This document shows, piece after piece, positions 44,790 through 57,431 of a stretch of 64,000 bases of DNA. The stretch is from Ranitomeya imitator (lineage: Eukaryota). The notes under the pieces are model-generated. The model saw nothing but the letters and a program-made list of their open reading frames with translations, ran no database searches and was not told the DNA's origin. The stretch lies in the NCBI RefSeq assembly GCF_032444005.1, contig NC_091282.1:332258001-332322000 (forward strand). The letters are read 5' to 3'. Each line of letters starts with the position of its first letter. The stretch's first letter is position 1. The translations under genes were made by a program, and so were the position numbers.

Positions 44790-46342
44790 CACTGCTCAAA
44801 GAAATAAAGGGAACACTAAAATACCACATCCTAGATATCTCTGAAATATTTCAGTTGCAAATCTTTATTCAATATATAGTGGAATGTGTTGAGAACAATA
44901 AAACATAAAAATGATCAATGTAAATAAAAATGAATATCCCATGGAGGTCTCGATTGGGAATGATACTCAAAATCAAAGTGGAAAATCAAATTATAAGCCT
45001 ATCCAACTTCAGTGGAAATGACTCAAGACAAGGAAATGATGTTCAGTTGTGTGTGTGTTGCCTCCATGTGCCTGTATGACCTCCCTACAATGCCTGGGCA
45101 TGCTCCTGATGAGGCGGCAGATGGTCTCCTGAGGGATCTCCTCCCAGTTCTGGACTAAAGCATCCGCCAACTCCTGGACAGTCTGTGGTGCAATGTTGGT
45201 GGATAGTGCGAGACATGATGTCCCAGATGTGTTCAATCGGATTCAGGTCTGGGGAATGGACAGACCAGTCCATAGCTTCAATGCCTTCATGTTGCAGGAA
45301 CTGCTGACACACTTCAGCCATAAGAGGTCTGGCATTGTCCTGCATTAGGAGGAACCCAGGGCCAACCGCACCAGCATATGGTCTCACAAGGGGTCTGAGG
45401 ATCTCATCTTGGTACCTAATGGCAGTCAGGCTACCTCTGGCGGGCACATGGAGGGCTGTGCGTCCCTCCAAAGAAATGCCACCCCACACCATTACTGACC
45501 CACTGCCAAACCGGTCTTGCTGAAGGATGTTGCAGGCAGCACATTGCTCTACACGGCATCTTCAGACTCTGTCGTATCTGTCACATGTGCACAGTGTGCA
45601 CCTGCTTTCATCTGTGAAGAGCACAGGGCGCCAGTGGTGAATTTGCCAATCCTGGTGTTCTGAGACAAATGCCAATCGTCTTGCACGGTGTTGGGTGGTG
45701 AGCACAACCCCCATCTGTGGACGTTAGTTTCTAACCGTTTTTGCAGACACATGCACATTTGTGGCCTTGTGGCCTGATGGAGGTCATTTTGCAGGGCTCT
45801 GGCAGTGCTCCTCCTGTTCCTCCTTGCACAAAGGCTGAGGTAGCGGTCCTGCTGCTGGGTTGTTGCCCTCTTACGGCCCCCTCCACATCTCCTGGTGTAC
45901 TGGCTTGTCTCCTGATAGCGCCTCCAGTCTCTGGACACTACTCTGACAAACACAGCAAACCTTCTTGCCACAGCTCAAATTCATGTGTCATCCTGGATGA
46001 GCTGCACTACCTGAGCCTCTTGTGTGGGTTGTAGAGTCCGTCTCGTGCTACCACGAGTGTGAAAGCACAACCAACATTCAAAAGTAACGAAAACATCAGC
46101 CAGAAAGCATTGGTACTGAGATGTGGTCTGTGGTCCCCACCTGCAGAACTACTCCTTTATTGAGTGTGTCTTGATAATTGCCAATAATTTCCATCTATTG
46201 TCTATTCCATTTGAACAACAGCATGTGTAATTGATTGTCAATCAGTGTTGCTTCCTAAGTGGACAGTTTGATTTCACAAAAGTTTGATTTACTTGGAGTT
46301 ATATTCTGTTGTTTAAGTGTTCCCTTTATTTTTTTGAGCAGT
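44790..46342 (-). mobile_element. Tc1-family transposon, degraded, DD34E transposase remnants
   Basis: TA|CACTGCTCAAAGAAATAAAGGGAACAC ... GTGTTCCCTTTATTTTTTTGAGCAGT. ORF fragments VWGGISLEG and LMQDNARP-x-SPDLNPIEHIW. Confidence 0.93.
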
Positions 46343-46851
46343 ATGAACCCCTCAGTGACAGAGCCAAATTTTTGAAATCTGACCAGTGTCACTTTATGTG
46401 GTAATAACTCTGCAATGCTTCAACAAATCCCAGTGATTTTGAGTTTGTTTTTTCGGGACACATTATACTTTATGATAATGGTAAATTTAGGTCAATATGT
46501 TTTGTGTTTATAAAAAATAAAAAAAATTTGAGAAAAATGTTAACATTAGCAATTTTCTAAATTTGAATGATTATCCCTTTAATCCAGATAGTCATACCAC
46601 AGCAAGCCATTAATAAATAACATTTCCCACGTCTGCTTTACATCAGCACCATTTGTAAAATGTTATTTTATTTTGTTAGCATTTTAGGAGGTTTTAAAAT
46701 GTAGCAGCATTTTTTAATTTTTTCAAGGAAATTTACAAAATTTTTTTTTTTTTTAGGGACTTATACATGTTTGAAGTGACTTTAGGGGTCCCATATATTG
46801 AGAAAACCCCAAACGTGATACCATTTTAAAAACAGCACCCCTAGACATATT

Positions 46852-47977
46852 ACATAGTAACATAGTAACATAGTTAGTAAGGCCGAAAAAAGACATTTGT
46901 CCATCCAGTTCAGCCTATATTCCATCATAATAAATCCCCAGATCTACGTCCTTCTACAGAACCTAATAATTGTATGATACAATATTGTTCTGCTCCAGGA
47001 AGACATCCAGGCCTCTCTTGAACCCCTCGACTGAGTTCGCCATCACCACCTCCTCAGGCAAGCAATTCCAGATTCTCACTGCCCTAACAGTAAAGAATCC
47101 TCTTCTATGTTGGTGGAAAAACCTTCTCTCCTCCAGACGCAAAGAATGCCCCCTTGTGCCCGTCACCTTCCTTGGTATAAACAGATCCTCAGCGAGATAT
47201 TTGTATTGTCCCCTTATAAACTTATACATGGTTATTACATCGCCCCTCAGTCGTCTTTTTTCTAGACTAAATAATCCTAATTTCGCTAATCTATCTGGGT
47301 ATTGTAGTTCTCTCATCCCCTTTATTAATTTTGTTGCCCTCCTTTGTACTCTCTCTAGTTCCATTATATCCTTCCTGAGCACCGGTGCCCAAAACTGGAC
47401 ACAGTACTCCATGTGCGGTCTAACTAGGGATTTGTACAGAGGCAGTATAATGCTCTCATCATGTGTATCCAGACCTCTTTTAATGCACCCCATGATCCTG
47501 TTTGCCTTGGCAGCTGCTGCCTGGCACTGGCTGCTCCAGGTAAGTTTATCATTAACTAGGATCCCCAAGTCCTTCTCCCTGTCAGATTTACCCAGTGGTT
47601 TCCCATTCAGTGTGTAATGGTGATATTGATTCCTTCTTCCCATGTGTATAACCTTACATTTATCATTGTTAAACCTCATCTGCCACCTTTCAGCCCAAGT
47701 TTCCAACTTATCCAGATCCATCTGTAGCAGAATACTATCTTCTCTTGTATTAACTGCTTTACATAGTTTTGTATCATCTGCAAATATCGATATTTTACTG
47801 TGTAAACCTTCTACCAGATCATTAATGAATATGTTGAAGAGAACAGGTCCCAATACTGACCCCTGCGGTACCCCACTGGTCACAGCGACCCAGTTAGAGA
47901 CTATACCATTTATAACCACCCTCTGCTTTCTATCACTAAGCCAGTTACTGACCCATTTACACACATTTTCCCCCAGA
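46852..47977 (-). mobile_element. CR1 LINE 3' fragment, same family as the surrounding CR1
   Basis: (TTACTATG)n tail at ~46852-46878. Open RT C-terminal frame 46963-47964 (GVPQGSVLGP, FADD, MRFNNDKC, LEKRRLRGD). Highly similar to 49800-50900. Confidence 0.93.
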
Positions 47978-48140
47978 TAATTTTGAAAACATATTGAAAA
48001 CTGCTGTCAGGTAGTTTATTAACCCTTCAGGTGCTTTACAGGAATTAATGCAAAGTGGTATGACAGAAATGAAAATGTGTATTTTTACCACCTAAATGCC
48101 TCTAACTTCTTATCAGATTACTAGAGCAGTCAGACTCTAA

Positions 48141-48896
48141 GGCCATGTTCACACGTTGCGTCGGGTCCCTGCGGGTTCTCCCACAGCGGATTTGATAAAT
48201 CTGCAGGGCAAAACCGCTTCGGTTATCCCTGCAGATTTATCACGTTTTGTCCTGCGGTTTCCGCTGTGGGATTTCCTACTATTGATGCTGCATATGCAGC
48301 ATCAATAGTAATGTTAAAAATAAAAAATAATGATATACTCACCCTCTGACGTCCCGATCTCCTCGGCGCTGCAGGCGGCGGTCCGGTTCCAAAGATGCTG
48401 TGCGAGAAGGACCTTCGTGACGTCACAGTCATGTGACCACGACGTCACCGCAGGCCCTGCTCGCACAGCAACCCAGACCGGACGGCCGCGTGCAGCGCTG
48501 AGAGGTGAGTATAACATTATTTTTTATTTTAATTCTTTTTTTAACCACAAATATGGTTCCCGGGGCCTGGAGGAGAGTCTCCTCTCCTCCAACCCGGGTA
48601 TAACCCACACATTATCCGCTTACTTCCCGCATGGTGGGCACAGCCCCATGCGGGAAGTAAGCGGATCAATGCATTTCTATGGGTGCAGAATCGCTGCGAT
48701 TCTGCACAAAGAAGTGACATGCTGCGGGTTATAAACCGCTGTGTTTCTGTGAGGTTTTTCCCGCAGCATCTGCACAGCGGTTTGCGGTTTCCCATTGGTT
48801 TACATGTTACTGTAAACGCAATGGAAACTGCTGCGGACCCGCAGCATCAAAATCGCCGCGGTTCCGCAGTAAAAACCGCAAAGTGTGCACATAGCC
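48141..48896. mobile_element. PIF/Harbinger-type MITE (756 bp)
   Basis: TAA TSD on both sides; TIR GGC(C/T)ATGT(T/G)CACAC. Confidence 0.85.
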
Positions 48897-51800
48897 TAAG
48901 GCCACTATTTGGACATGAATTGCCATGGCAAACATCAGGACCACAAAATCATGATCTGAGAGCACCAGTTTAGATAAAGAGGAAGCCCCCACACTCTGTT
49001 AACCATTTCTAATTATGTAGTCACTATTGACAGCAGCATCTAAGGGGTTAAACAGATTTGAAAGGTGCAAATACTGATCATCGCTGATACAGCAAATTGT
49101 CAGCTATAGTGCACAACCAACAGCTGCAGGATTGTCACCTGTATGGGGAGGCTATTCTCTTATATCTCACGTCAGTTAAAAGACGTATTGGCGGTCATTA
49201 AGGGGTTAAACACCTTCGCCACCATATTCACGGTGGAAAATGAAATGCTAGGTGAAATGCAGAGAGAAAAAGAAAACCCTATAATAAGGGTCACCAATCT
49301 AACCCAAGAAGAGGTGCGAAACTGGCTAAATAAGATTAAAATAGATAAATGGCATACACCCACGAGTACTAAGAGATCTAAGTAATGTAATAGACAAGCA
49401 ATTATTTCTTATATTTAGGGACTCTATAGTGATGGGGTCTTTTCCACAGGACTAGCACATAGCAAATGTGGTACCAATATTCAAAAAGGGCTCTAAAAGT
49501 GAACCTGGAAATTATAGGCCAGTAAGTCTAACCTCTACTATTGCTAAAATATTTGAAGGGTTTCTGAGGGATTTTATTCTGGATTATCTCAATGAGAATA
49601 ACTGTTTAACTCCATATCAACATGGGTTTATGAGGAATCGCTCCTGTCAAACCAATCTAATCAGTTTTTATGAAGAGGTAAGCTATATACTGGACCAAGG
49701 TGAGTCATTGGACGTGGTATATCTCGATTTTTCCAAAGCGTTTGATACCGTGCCACACAAGAGGTTGGTACATAATATGAGGATGCTGGGTCTGGGGGAA
49801 AATGTGTGTAAATGGGTAAGTAACTGGCTTAGTGATAGAAAGCAGAGGGTGGTTATAAATGGTATATTCTCTAACTGGGTCGCTGTGACCAGTGGGGTAC
49901 CACAGGGGTCGGTGTTGGGACCTATTCTCTTCAGTATATTTAGTAACGATCTGGCAGGAGGTTTGTACAGTAAAATATCAATATTTGCAGATGATACAAA
50001 ACTATGTAAAGCAGTCAATACAAGAGAAGATAGTATTCTGCTACAGATGGATCTGGATAAGTTGGAAACTTGGGCCGGAAGGTGGCAGATGCAGTTTAAC
50101 AATGATAAATGTAAAGTTATACACATGTGAAGAAGGAATCAATATCACCATTACACACTAAACGGGAAACCACTGGGTAAATCTGACAGGGAGAAGGACT
50201 TGGGGATCCTAGTTAATGATAAACTTACCTGGAGCAGCCAGTGCCAGGCAGCGGCTGCCAAGGCAAACAGGATCATGGGGTGCATTAAAAGAGGTCTGGA
50301 TACACATGATGAGAGCATTATACTGCCTCTGTTCAAATCCCTGGTTAGACTGCACATCGAGTACTGTGTACAGTTTTGGGCACCGGTGCTCAGGAAGGAT
50401 GTAATGGAACTAGAGCGAGTACAAAGGAGGGAAACAAAATTAATAAAGGGGATGGAGAACTACAATACCCAGAGAGATTAGCAAAATTAGGATTATTTAG
50501 TCTAGAAAAAAGACGACTGAGGGGCGATCTAATAACCATGTATAAGTATATAAGGGGACAATACAAATATCTCTTCGAGGCTCTGTTTATACTAAGGAAG
50601 GTGACGGTTACAAGGGGACATTCTCTGCTCTGGAGGAGAGAAGGTTTTTCCACCAATATAGAAGATTATTCTTTACTGTCAGGGCAGTGAGAATCTGGAA
50701 TTCCTTTCTTGAGAAGGTGGTGATGGCAAACTCAGTCGAGGGGTTCAGGAGTGGCCTGGATGTCTTCCTGGAGTGTAACAATATTTTATCTTACAGTTAT
50801 TAGGTTCTTTAGAAGGACGTAGATCTGGGGATTTATTCTGACGGAATATAGGCTGAACTGGATGGACAAATGTCTTTTTTTTGGCCTTGCTAACTATGTT
50901 ACATTTATGTACCTTGTAAAAAAAAAATCATGTATGTAACATCTCTTACTAAGTAGCAGATAATAACACTAAAAATGTCCATACATAAGTGATAACAATG
51001 GTTTGGCTGACAGCTCTATGATCTCCTGACTCACCCATACACAATCTTACGCTTGGCTAAGCATTCATGTGTTCTCAGTGGAGAGAGTGAGGAAAGCCTC
51101 TGCCAGAGAGCTTGGCAGTGGTTATTTCACACAGATCAAAAGGGTCTTGTGTTAGAATTCAAAGTGCCTGATGCTTATCTCCCTTGGGAGTGCATTGGGA
51201 GGCCCTGTACAAATTAGATGGTTGGTCAATACAGCAGGTATAAGCACGTTAACCCAACTTGAAGCTAGCCTGTTTTGGGTCCATTAGTTTTTCAATAAAA
51301 GAGGATTAGAAACCTCTGCAGCTCAAAAGGAATCTCTTCCCAAGCCTTTTGATTTGGCGAGATGTAAAATATAATAGTAGCTATATTTAGATCTTGGGCA
51401 CTCAATTATGCATATGTTTTGCAGAGCTTCTAAAGATGCAACAAAAGAAACACCTAAAATGATATCACATAGATAAAGGCAATACAATAATGATCTGTAC
51501 CATATATAAAAACAAAAGTAGTCCTTGAAAAAATAACACCACTCTTGATGTGTTGTCTTCTCTTCACACAAACAGAATTCTCTGAACACATTTACAAGAT
51601 AAGTCGGCAACATTTAAGAGATATTGTTACTGGTAAAATGATTCACACACACACTGACTTTTACAAAGACACACAGAAATGTACAGTAAATAGAATAAAT
51701 AAATACTTTTCATCATCTTTATAAGTTATTTAAAAACACTGATATCTGAGGACACAAAATGTACTTAGTAAGAGCCTATGATAATAGCAGATTATTATAG

Positions 51801-52541
51801 CATTTTCTAATTTTATGGAGCCTTTATTAAACACTTTGTAACACTGTTTATGCCAAGGTGCCTTGCCTATACGACCCTGAATTCATAAATCAAATTGTCA
51901 CATCCATGGCAGATATCTAAAAAAATAAGATTAAAAACCTACCTGGGAAATGCTACTTAAAGCTTCCATATACATTACCTGATGACTAACTGTACTATGT
52001 AGGTTCTATTTGTAGACAGTTGTTTCAGTAGCGATTTCTTACTTTTATTGTAGTGATATGTTTAAGCTTTTTTTGAAGTATCCATTCTACTTAGAAAAGC
52101 AAATAATACTAATTTAAGACAAATTGGTGATACTATCAGGCTAACTTCAATCTTTTATTATGGCCGGAAGTCCAAGCAGGAGCAGTTTGAGCAAGATTTG
52201 CAGAATTTCATGCTGAGCAGTGATGCCTGACAGACCCGATGACTAACTGTGTTTATCAGGAAACGGACAATTCCACAATACAAAAGATCTTACACAGAAG
52301 TGCACTTTGCGTAGTATAGCGGTATGCCACAAAGCATATGTATCTAATCCTGCAAGTTATAATGAATGGCTCTCACACTGAAAGAAGGGTGTTGTACTTG
52401 TATAGTTATTCCTGCCTTGCTGTGATATTTAGTATATAATGTACTTTAATTATGAAAAATCAATGCAAAAAAAGCTGCTCTGTTGCTGACAGCAACTAGA
52501 ATTTTTCTAGTGCAGGTTAGAAAATGAAAGCATTGACCTAC

Positions 52542-52697
52542 TTGATACAGACAACTCCTTTTCTTGTGGACTAATTTTCATAAATGAGCCCATTGTTGGC
52601 ATGAAAACCATTGCATCGCTTAATTTGTTATGAAACCGCACATTATGAGCGCTCCTAAATAGAGACATGCCAGTATTTTCAAATTCAGATAAACTGC
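52542..52697 (-). CDS. Candidate internal host exon (156 nt, phase 1-1), product unidentified
   Basis: Acceptor CTTTTTACAG|G, donor CAA|GTAGGT, open frame SLSEFENTGMSLFRSAHNVRFHNKLSDAMVFMPTMGSFMKISPQEKELSVS. No homolog recognised. Confidence 0.25.
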
Positions 52698-53052
52698 CTG
52701 TAAAAAGTGATGAGTGATCTACCAAGTCAATCTATGCTAGTTTTGAATGTTTCAATAACTGAGACTCTTTTCATATGAACAAATGTTTCTGTGCTCATTT
52801 GTGTCCCTTCCATCCAACCCTTCAGTTTGCATTGCAAGTAAATGTCTGTTTACAAGAGTGAAGGTGCTGATGACAAACCAAAATGGTGTGGAGTCACCAG
52901 AAAACATGCAATCAAGAACAAACAAGTGAATTATCGCTTGAAATTTGATTATGGACTATCTTTATAATGGGCCAAGAGTGTTTGGGCAATAATTATTCCA
53001 GTTAATTCAGCGCAGACCAAATGGGGTCTGACATGAGAAGTGCAGTCCATAC

Positions 53053-54176
53053 ACCGTGTGCACAACTATTAGGCAAGTGAGTATTTTGACCGTATCATAA
53101 TTTTTATGCAGATTTTCCTACTTCAGGCTATATAAGCTTATTAGCTTATAAGCTTATTGGATGAAGCCGATCATGCAATGTATATTTGTGTAATAAGGAA
53201 GGGATGGCCTAAGGATATCAACACCCTTCATCAAGGTGTGCAGAATTATTAGGCTGCTTATTTTCCTCAGGCAAATTGGGCCAAAAAATTAATTTAACTG
53301 ACTGTGAAGAGTCAAAAATTGTTAATGGTGCTTTCACATTGAATTCAGCACTTGTTTCTTGGCCCCGTCGGGGCTTGGTTCCACACCACCCGCAAACCGT
53401 ATGTGCCAACGGGGCCATAGACTGTTATGGTGCCAACAGAGTGAACGTCAACTCTGATGTGCATCATTTTCGGGAGCGTACTTCTACTCGAGGCGAACAC
53501 TCAGATGTAGTGGTAGTGGATGTAGTGTCCAGTAGGAGTACACTCGAGAACATTATACGTGGCAGAGGACACTTTCACTCGACGGCACCATTACAGTTTA
53601 TTGTCCCGTCGGTGCGTAGATCCGAATCCAGTTTTGCGGGGTATTGTACGCAAACCCCGACGGGGCTAATGAACGCAATGTGAAAGCACCCTTAGTGTTA
53701 CAGAGAGATGCAATTGTAGCACTTTTGAGATTGATAGTATATTGGGGTGTGCTCACAGAACCATCAAAAATGTTGGAAATGGTCGACAGGGTTGCAACAA
53801 ATGTATTAAGAAAAAAAGACACACATCAACTACCAAAGATATGAGAAGAATCAAACATGAAGCAACCAGGGAGCCAATTATCCTTCCGTGCTGTCAGTGC
53901 CCAGAAGTACATTTTAAGTTGTTGGTTATTATTCTCACTATAACAGATGAATACAAACTACTGAGATGATAAAATTTAGTAGCATAATAATTCGGCACAA
54001 TTATATTTGCAGAATAGTTCTGCACACTTAGATATTCTCCTAAGTAAGACAAAACCTCAGTTATTTTCTTAAATATTCAGGTTTACCAACCTTTTGGATA
54101 TACCCACAGCACTGTAGTTGTTCAATAATAAAATCAATAAACCAAAATACAAATTGTGTAATAATTCTGCACACAA
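53053..54176 (+). mobile_element. Tc1 relic, internally deleted, with nested MITE
   Basis: GTGTGCA(G/C)AA(T/C)TATTAGGC repeats at both ends. MGQKINLTDCEESKIV (53276) and GCAHRTIK...KDMRRIKHEATREP are Tc1 N-terminal remnants. Confidence 0.7.
53326..53691. mobile_element. Harbinger-type MITE
   Basis: TIR GGTGCTTTCACATTG / CAATGTGAAAGCACC with TAA and TTA flanks. Confidence 0.7.
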
Positions 54177-55610
54177 TGAAGTCCGACATATTGGCAGAGA
54201 ACCAAGTAAGATGGATTAGAGTGCCTTTACACTGGCTGATAATTAGAAAAAGCATTCTCAACAGGCGCCCAATCACTTGACAATTGAGCAAGATGCTCAT
54301 TTATCCGGTGAAATGAATTGTAATCTTGTTTAGAAATCATTGTTCTCGCCAGCACATCGCCCTGTGTAAACAGGAGACAAGCTGCAAGAATATTGAAATT
54401 CTATCCATGAAGTACGTGTGGCCTGTTGTGCGGGTACTGATGTGTGGGTGTCCTTAAATGACTGCAGATCAGTTTGTATTGAGCCGATCAGCGTTCGTTT
54501 AATGGCCATGTTCGACCAGTGTCAATGCAGCCTTGCTGGAATTCAGCTTCTCTATATTTTGCAACCAAATCAAAGTTTTGCAAATTGATTTACATGAAGA
54601 TAATCTTTCATCCATATTTCAAATGAGTTTCTGCATTGTAAGGTTTTATCAGATTTGATCTGCTTAACATAACCTTGAATGTTACTTGCATTGCACATCA
54701 ACTTTCCCTGTTGCTAAAATGCATCTCACCCTAATTAGTGTAGAATAGGGACTTTGCTGTCTGCATCTACAGGACAATAGTAGTGTAGCTGTGCGGAAAG
54801 GGTCTTAAGAAGCATTACGCAACTGACAAGGTATTAGCAACTGCAATCATTCTCACTGTAAATTCCACAACATAAAAGATGTAAAATAATAGATTCAATA
54901 AAAAATAAATAATATCAATATATATTTATACATTTTCTCTGCTATACTCCAATAGATTGTGCCTATAAATAGTCCCTGCAATGATAAAGCTGTGCAGTCA
55001 AATAGTAGGAAGTAAATTTCGTAATAAATGTCTAACCAGAAACTCCAGACAGGAAAAACACAAGCCCAACTTTGGGGAATTTGCATACAGTAGAAAGTAG
55101 CTGCTCCTGGCAGGTAATGAGTTGACTAATAAATAATCACTGGATATGAAAAATAATCTGCTCTGTTTGTGCTAACATGTAACTACAGAAATCTGGATCT
55201 TGATCTCTATAAACTGTAATCCAATTAAAATCATATTTTAACAAGGATTACTAGCACATTCACACTCACCTATTTATATGAAGGGTTTCTGAAATCAAGA
55301 TCAAACTTGTATTGAGTTCTTTGGTTTAACAATAAACTAACAAGGCCAAATGGAAAAAAGAAAAGAAACTAAATAAGGAAATAACGGGAAACCCTTTCTT
55401 TCAGTAGCGGTTTCCTCTGCTACTAGAACTGGCTTCAGTTCCTGGCACTTATTAAAGTAAATAAACTGGCCATTAAGATATTTTATAACCCTTTCACTTC
55501 TGATGGGACTTGATTGCATTGCTGAACAAATGATTTCCAGGGCTCCATGGCAGTGGGAGATTTCATGCTGTGGTGGATGTGACTGTGCTTCTCTCTTAGA
55601 AGAGGCCCCT

Positions 55611-55699
55611 TTACTTGTTCTCGATCAGTGTCTGGACCTTGTACACAAGATCTCGGGCAAGCTTCAGGATATGCTTTATGTTGTGTCTCTCTGCCATCT
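55611..55699 (-). CDS. Candidate terminal coding exon of an unidentified host gene
   Basis: Acceptor ATTTTTGTTTTCTAG|AG; frame MAERHNIKHILKLARDLVYKVQTLIENK-stop with high GC at third positions against AT-rich surroundings. No homolog recognised. Confidence 0.3.
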
Positions 55700-56057
55700 C
55701 TAGAAAACAAAAATGTAAAGATGAAAGACTTGCATTTACATTATAGTTATAAACAAATGTATCAATTTATTGTGTGACGAAAAGTTCCAGGTACACTTTT
55801 TGGTCATCAGATCAGAGGGAAGTTTCTGGTATGTTTCAGCTGTGCCATCTGTGTTAATTATTTTACTTATGTAGTTATTTTAATTTATACTTGGACATTG
55901 GAGCAAACTATTAGCTGTGCAAGGATGGAAAACAAGTTTGAGCCTTAGAATACAGATATTTTCAAGCAGAGATGGCTCAGTAATCAAAGTACCACATATA
56001 TCATATACTAGATGGTGGCCCGATTCTAACGCATCGGGTATTCTAGAATATGCATGT

Positions 56058-56848
56058 CCACGTAGTATATTGCCCAGTCACGTAGTATATTGCCCAGCCA
56101 TAGTATATTGCACAGCCCACATAGTATATTGCCCAGCCACGTAGTATATTGCCCAGCCACGTAGTATATTGCCCAGCCACGTAGTATATTGCCCAGTCAC
56201 GTAGTATATTGCCCAGCCACGTAGTATATTGCCAAGCCACGTAGTATATTGCACAGCCCATGTAGTATATTGCCCAGCCACGTAGTATATTGCCCAACCA
56301 CATAGTATATTGCCCAGCCACGTAGTATACTGCCCAGTCACGTAGTATATTGCCCAGTCACGTAATATATTGCCCAGCCACGTAGTATATTGCCCAGGCA
56401 CGTAGTATATTGCCCAGGCACGTAGTATATTGCCCAGTCACGTAGTATATTGCCCAGTCACGTAGTATATTGCCCAGCCATGTAGTATATTGCCCAGCCA
56501 CGTAGTATATTGCCCAGGCACGTAGTATATTGCCCAGTCACGTAGTATATTGCCCAGTCACGTAGTATATTGCCCAGCCATGTAGTATATTGCCCAGTGA
56601 CGTAGTATATTGCCCAGGCACGTAGTATATTGCCCAGTTACGTAGTATATTGCCCAGTGACGTTATATATTGCCCAGTCACGTAGTATATTGCCCAGTGA
56701 TGTAGTATATTGCCCAGTGACGTAGTATACAGCACAGAGCCACGTAGTATATTGCACAGCGACGCAGTATACAGCACAGAGCCACGTAGTATATTGCCCA
56801 GCTACGTAGTATATTGGCCAGTCACATAGTATATTGCCCAGCCACGTA
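56058..56848. repeat. 20-bp minisatellite, roughly 39 copies
   Basis: Unit CACGTAGTATATTGCCCAG(C/T/G), with occasional 22-24 bp GCACAG variants. Confidence 0.96.
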
Positions 56849-57431
56849 TGTCACAGGTTAAAAAATAAACATATACTCACCTTCCAAGGCCCCCTTGTAG
56901 TTATTCACATGACCGTGACGTCATGGCAGGTCCTTCTCGCGCAGGACCTGTGATTACGTCGTGCTCACATGACCGTGACGTCATGGCAGGTCCTTCTCGC
57001 GCAGGTGCGCAGGACCTGTGATGACATCGCGGTCACATGACATGTGTCCCTGTGTGTGTGTGGGTCTGTGTAAGCAGCAATTGTCTGATAGGACTACTCC
57101 TCCCATCTGGCAATGAATGCTCACAGAGACAGCATTGCCGATGATGGGAAAGTAGTCCCATCAGACAATGGCTGTGTTCAGTAGTAAAAAAAAAACTAAT
57201 ACAAACATACAGAACATACAACATTTAACATACAGTACATACACATAACATACAACATATAACATAGAGTTCATACTTACCAAACACCTAGTCCCCGAAG
57301 CCCTCGATTCTCCGGTAATAAAAATAACATAATAAACCAACCTATACTACCTTTCGCTGTAGTCCAGTTAATAATGAGTGTCCCACGACGATCTCCCGTG
57401 TAAAACAGTGACATCGGGTGATGTACAGGGC

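Larger units (their letters stand above)
46348..49205. mobile_element. Non-autonomous piggyBac-like element related to 3420-13888
   Basis: TGAA (degenerate TTAA)|CCCCTCAGTGACAGAGCC ... GGTCATTAAGGGG|TTAA. The left subterminal region is similar to 4157-4620. Confidence 0.75.
44470..50903 (+). mobile_element. CR1 LINE, 5'-truncated (~44470-44789 plus 49210-50903), split by Tc1 and a piggyBac-like element
   Basis: RT ORF 49468-50130 (VPIFKKG, NYRPVSLTS, QHGF, YLDFSKAFDTV, GVPQGSVLGP, FADD); 3' tail CTAACTATGTTAC. The upstream piece (KPMWLN, KLFFNYINSK-like) joins across the insertions. Confidence 0.9.

Noticed and set aside
46970-47980. 215-aa and 112-aa plus-strand ORFs (and 49683-50126, 50390-50656 on -)
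   Set aside because: Antisense shadows of CR1 reverse transcriptase.
51323-51613. 96-aa aromatic/Cys-rich minus-strand ORF
   Set aside because: AT-rich composition, no splice signals or recognisable motif; consistent with chance.
53820-53935. Minus-strand exon-like frame ENNNQQLKMYFWALTARKDNWLPG
   Set aside because: Antisense of Tc1 transposase remnant (KDMRRIKHEATREP on +).
54061-54300. Tetraspanin-like EQLQCCG motif in a 79-aa minus-strand ORF
   Set aside because: Lies in the terminal repeat of the Tc1 relic (GTGTGCAGAATTATTA); coincidental.
56043-56848. CRISPR-like regular repeats and W/Y-rich ORFs
   Set aside because: Head-to-tail 20-bp units without unique spacers, no cas genes, eukaryotic context.
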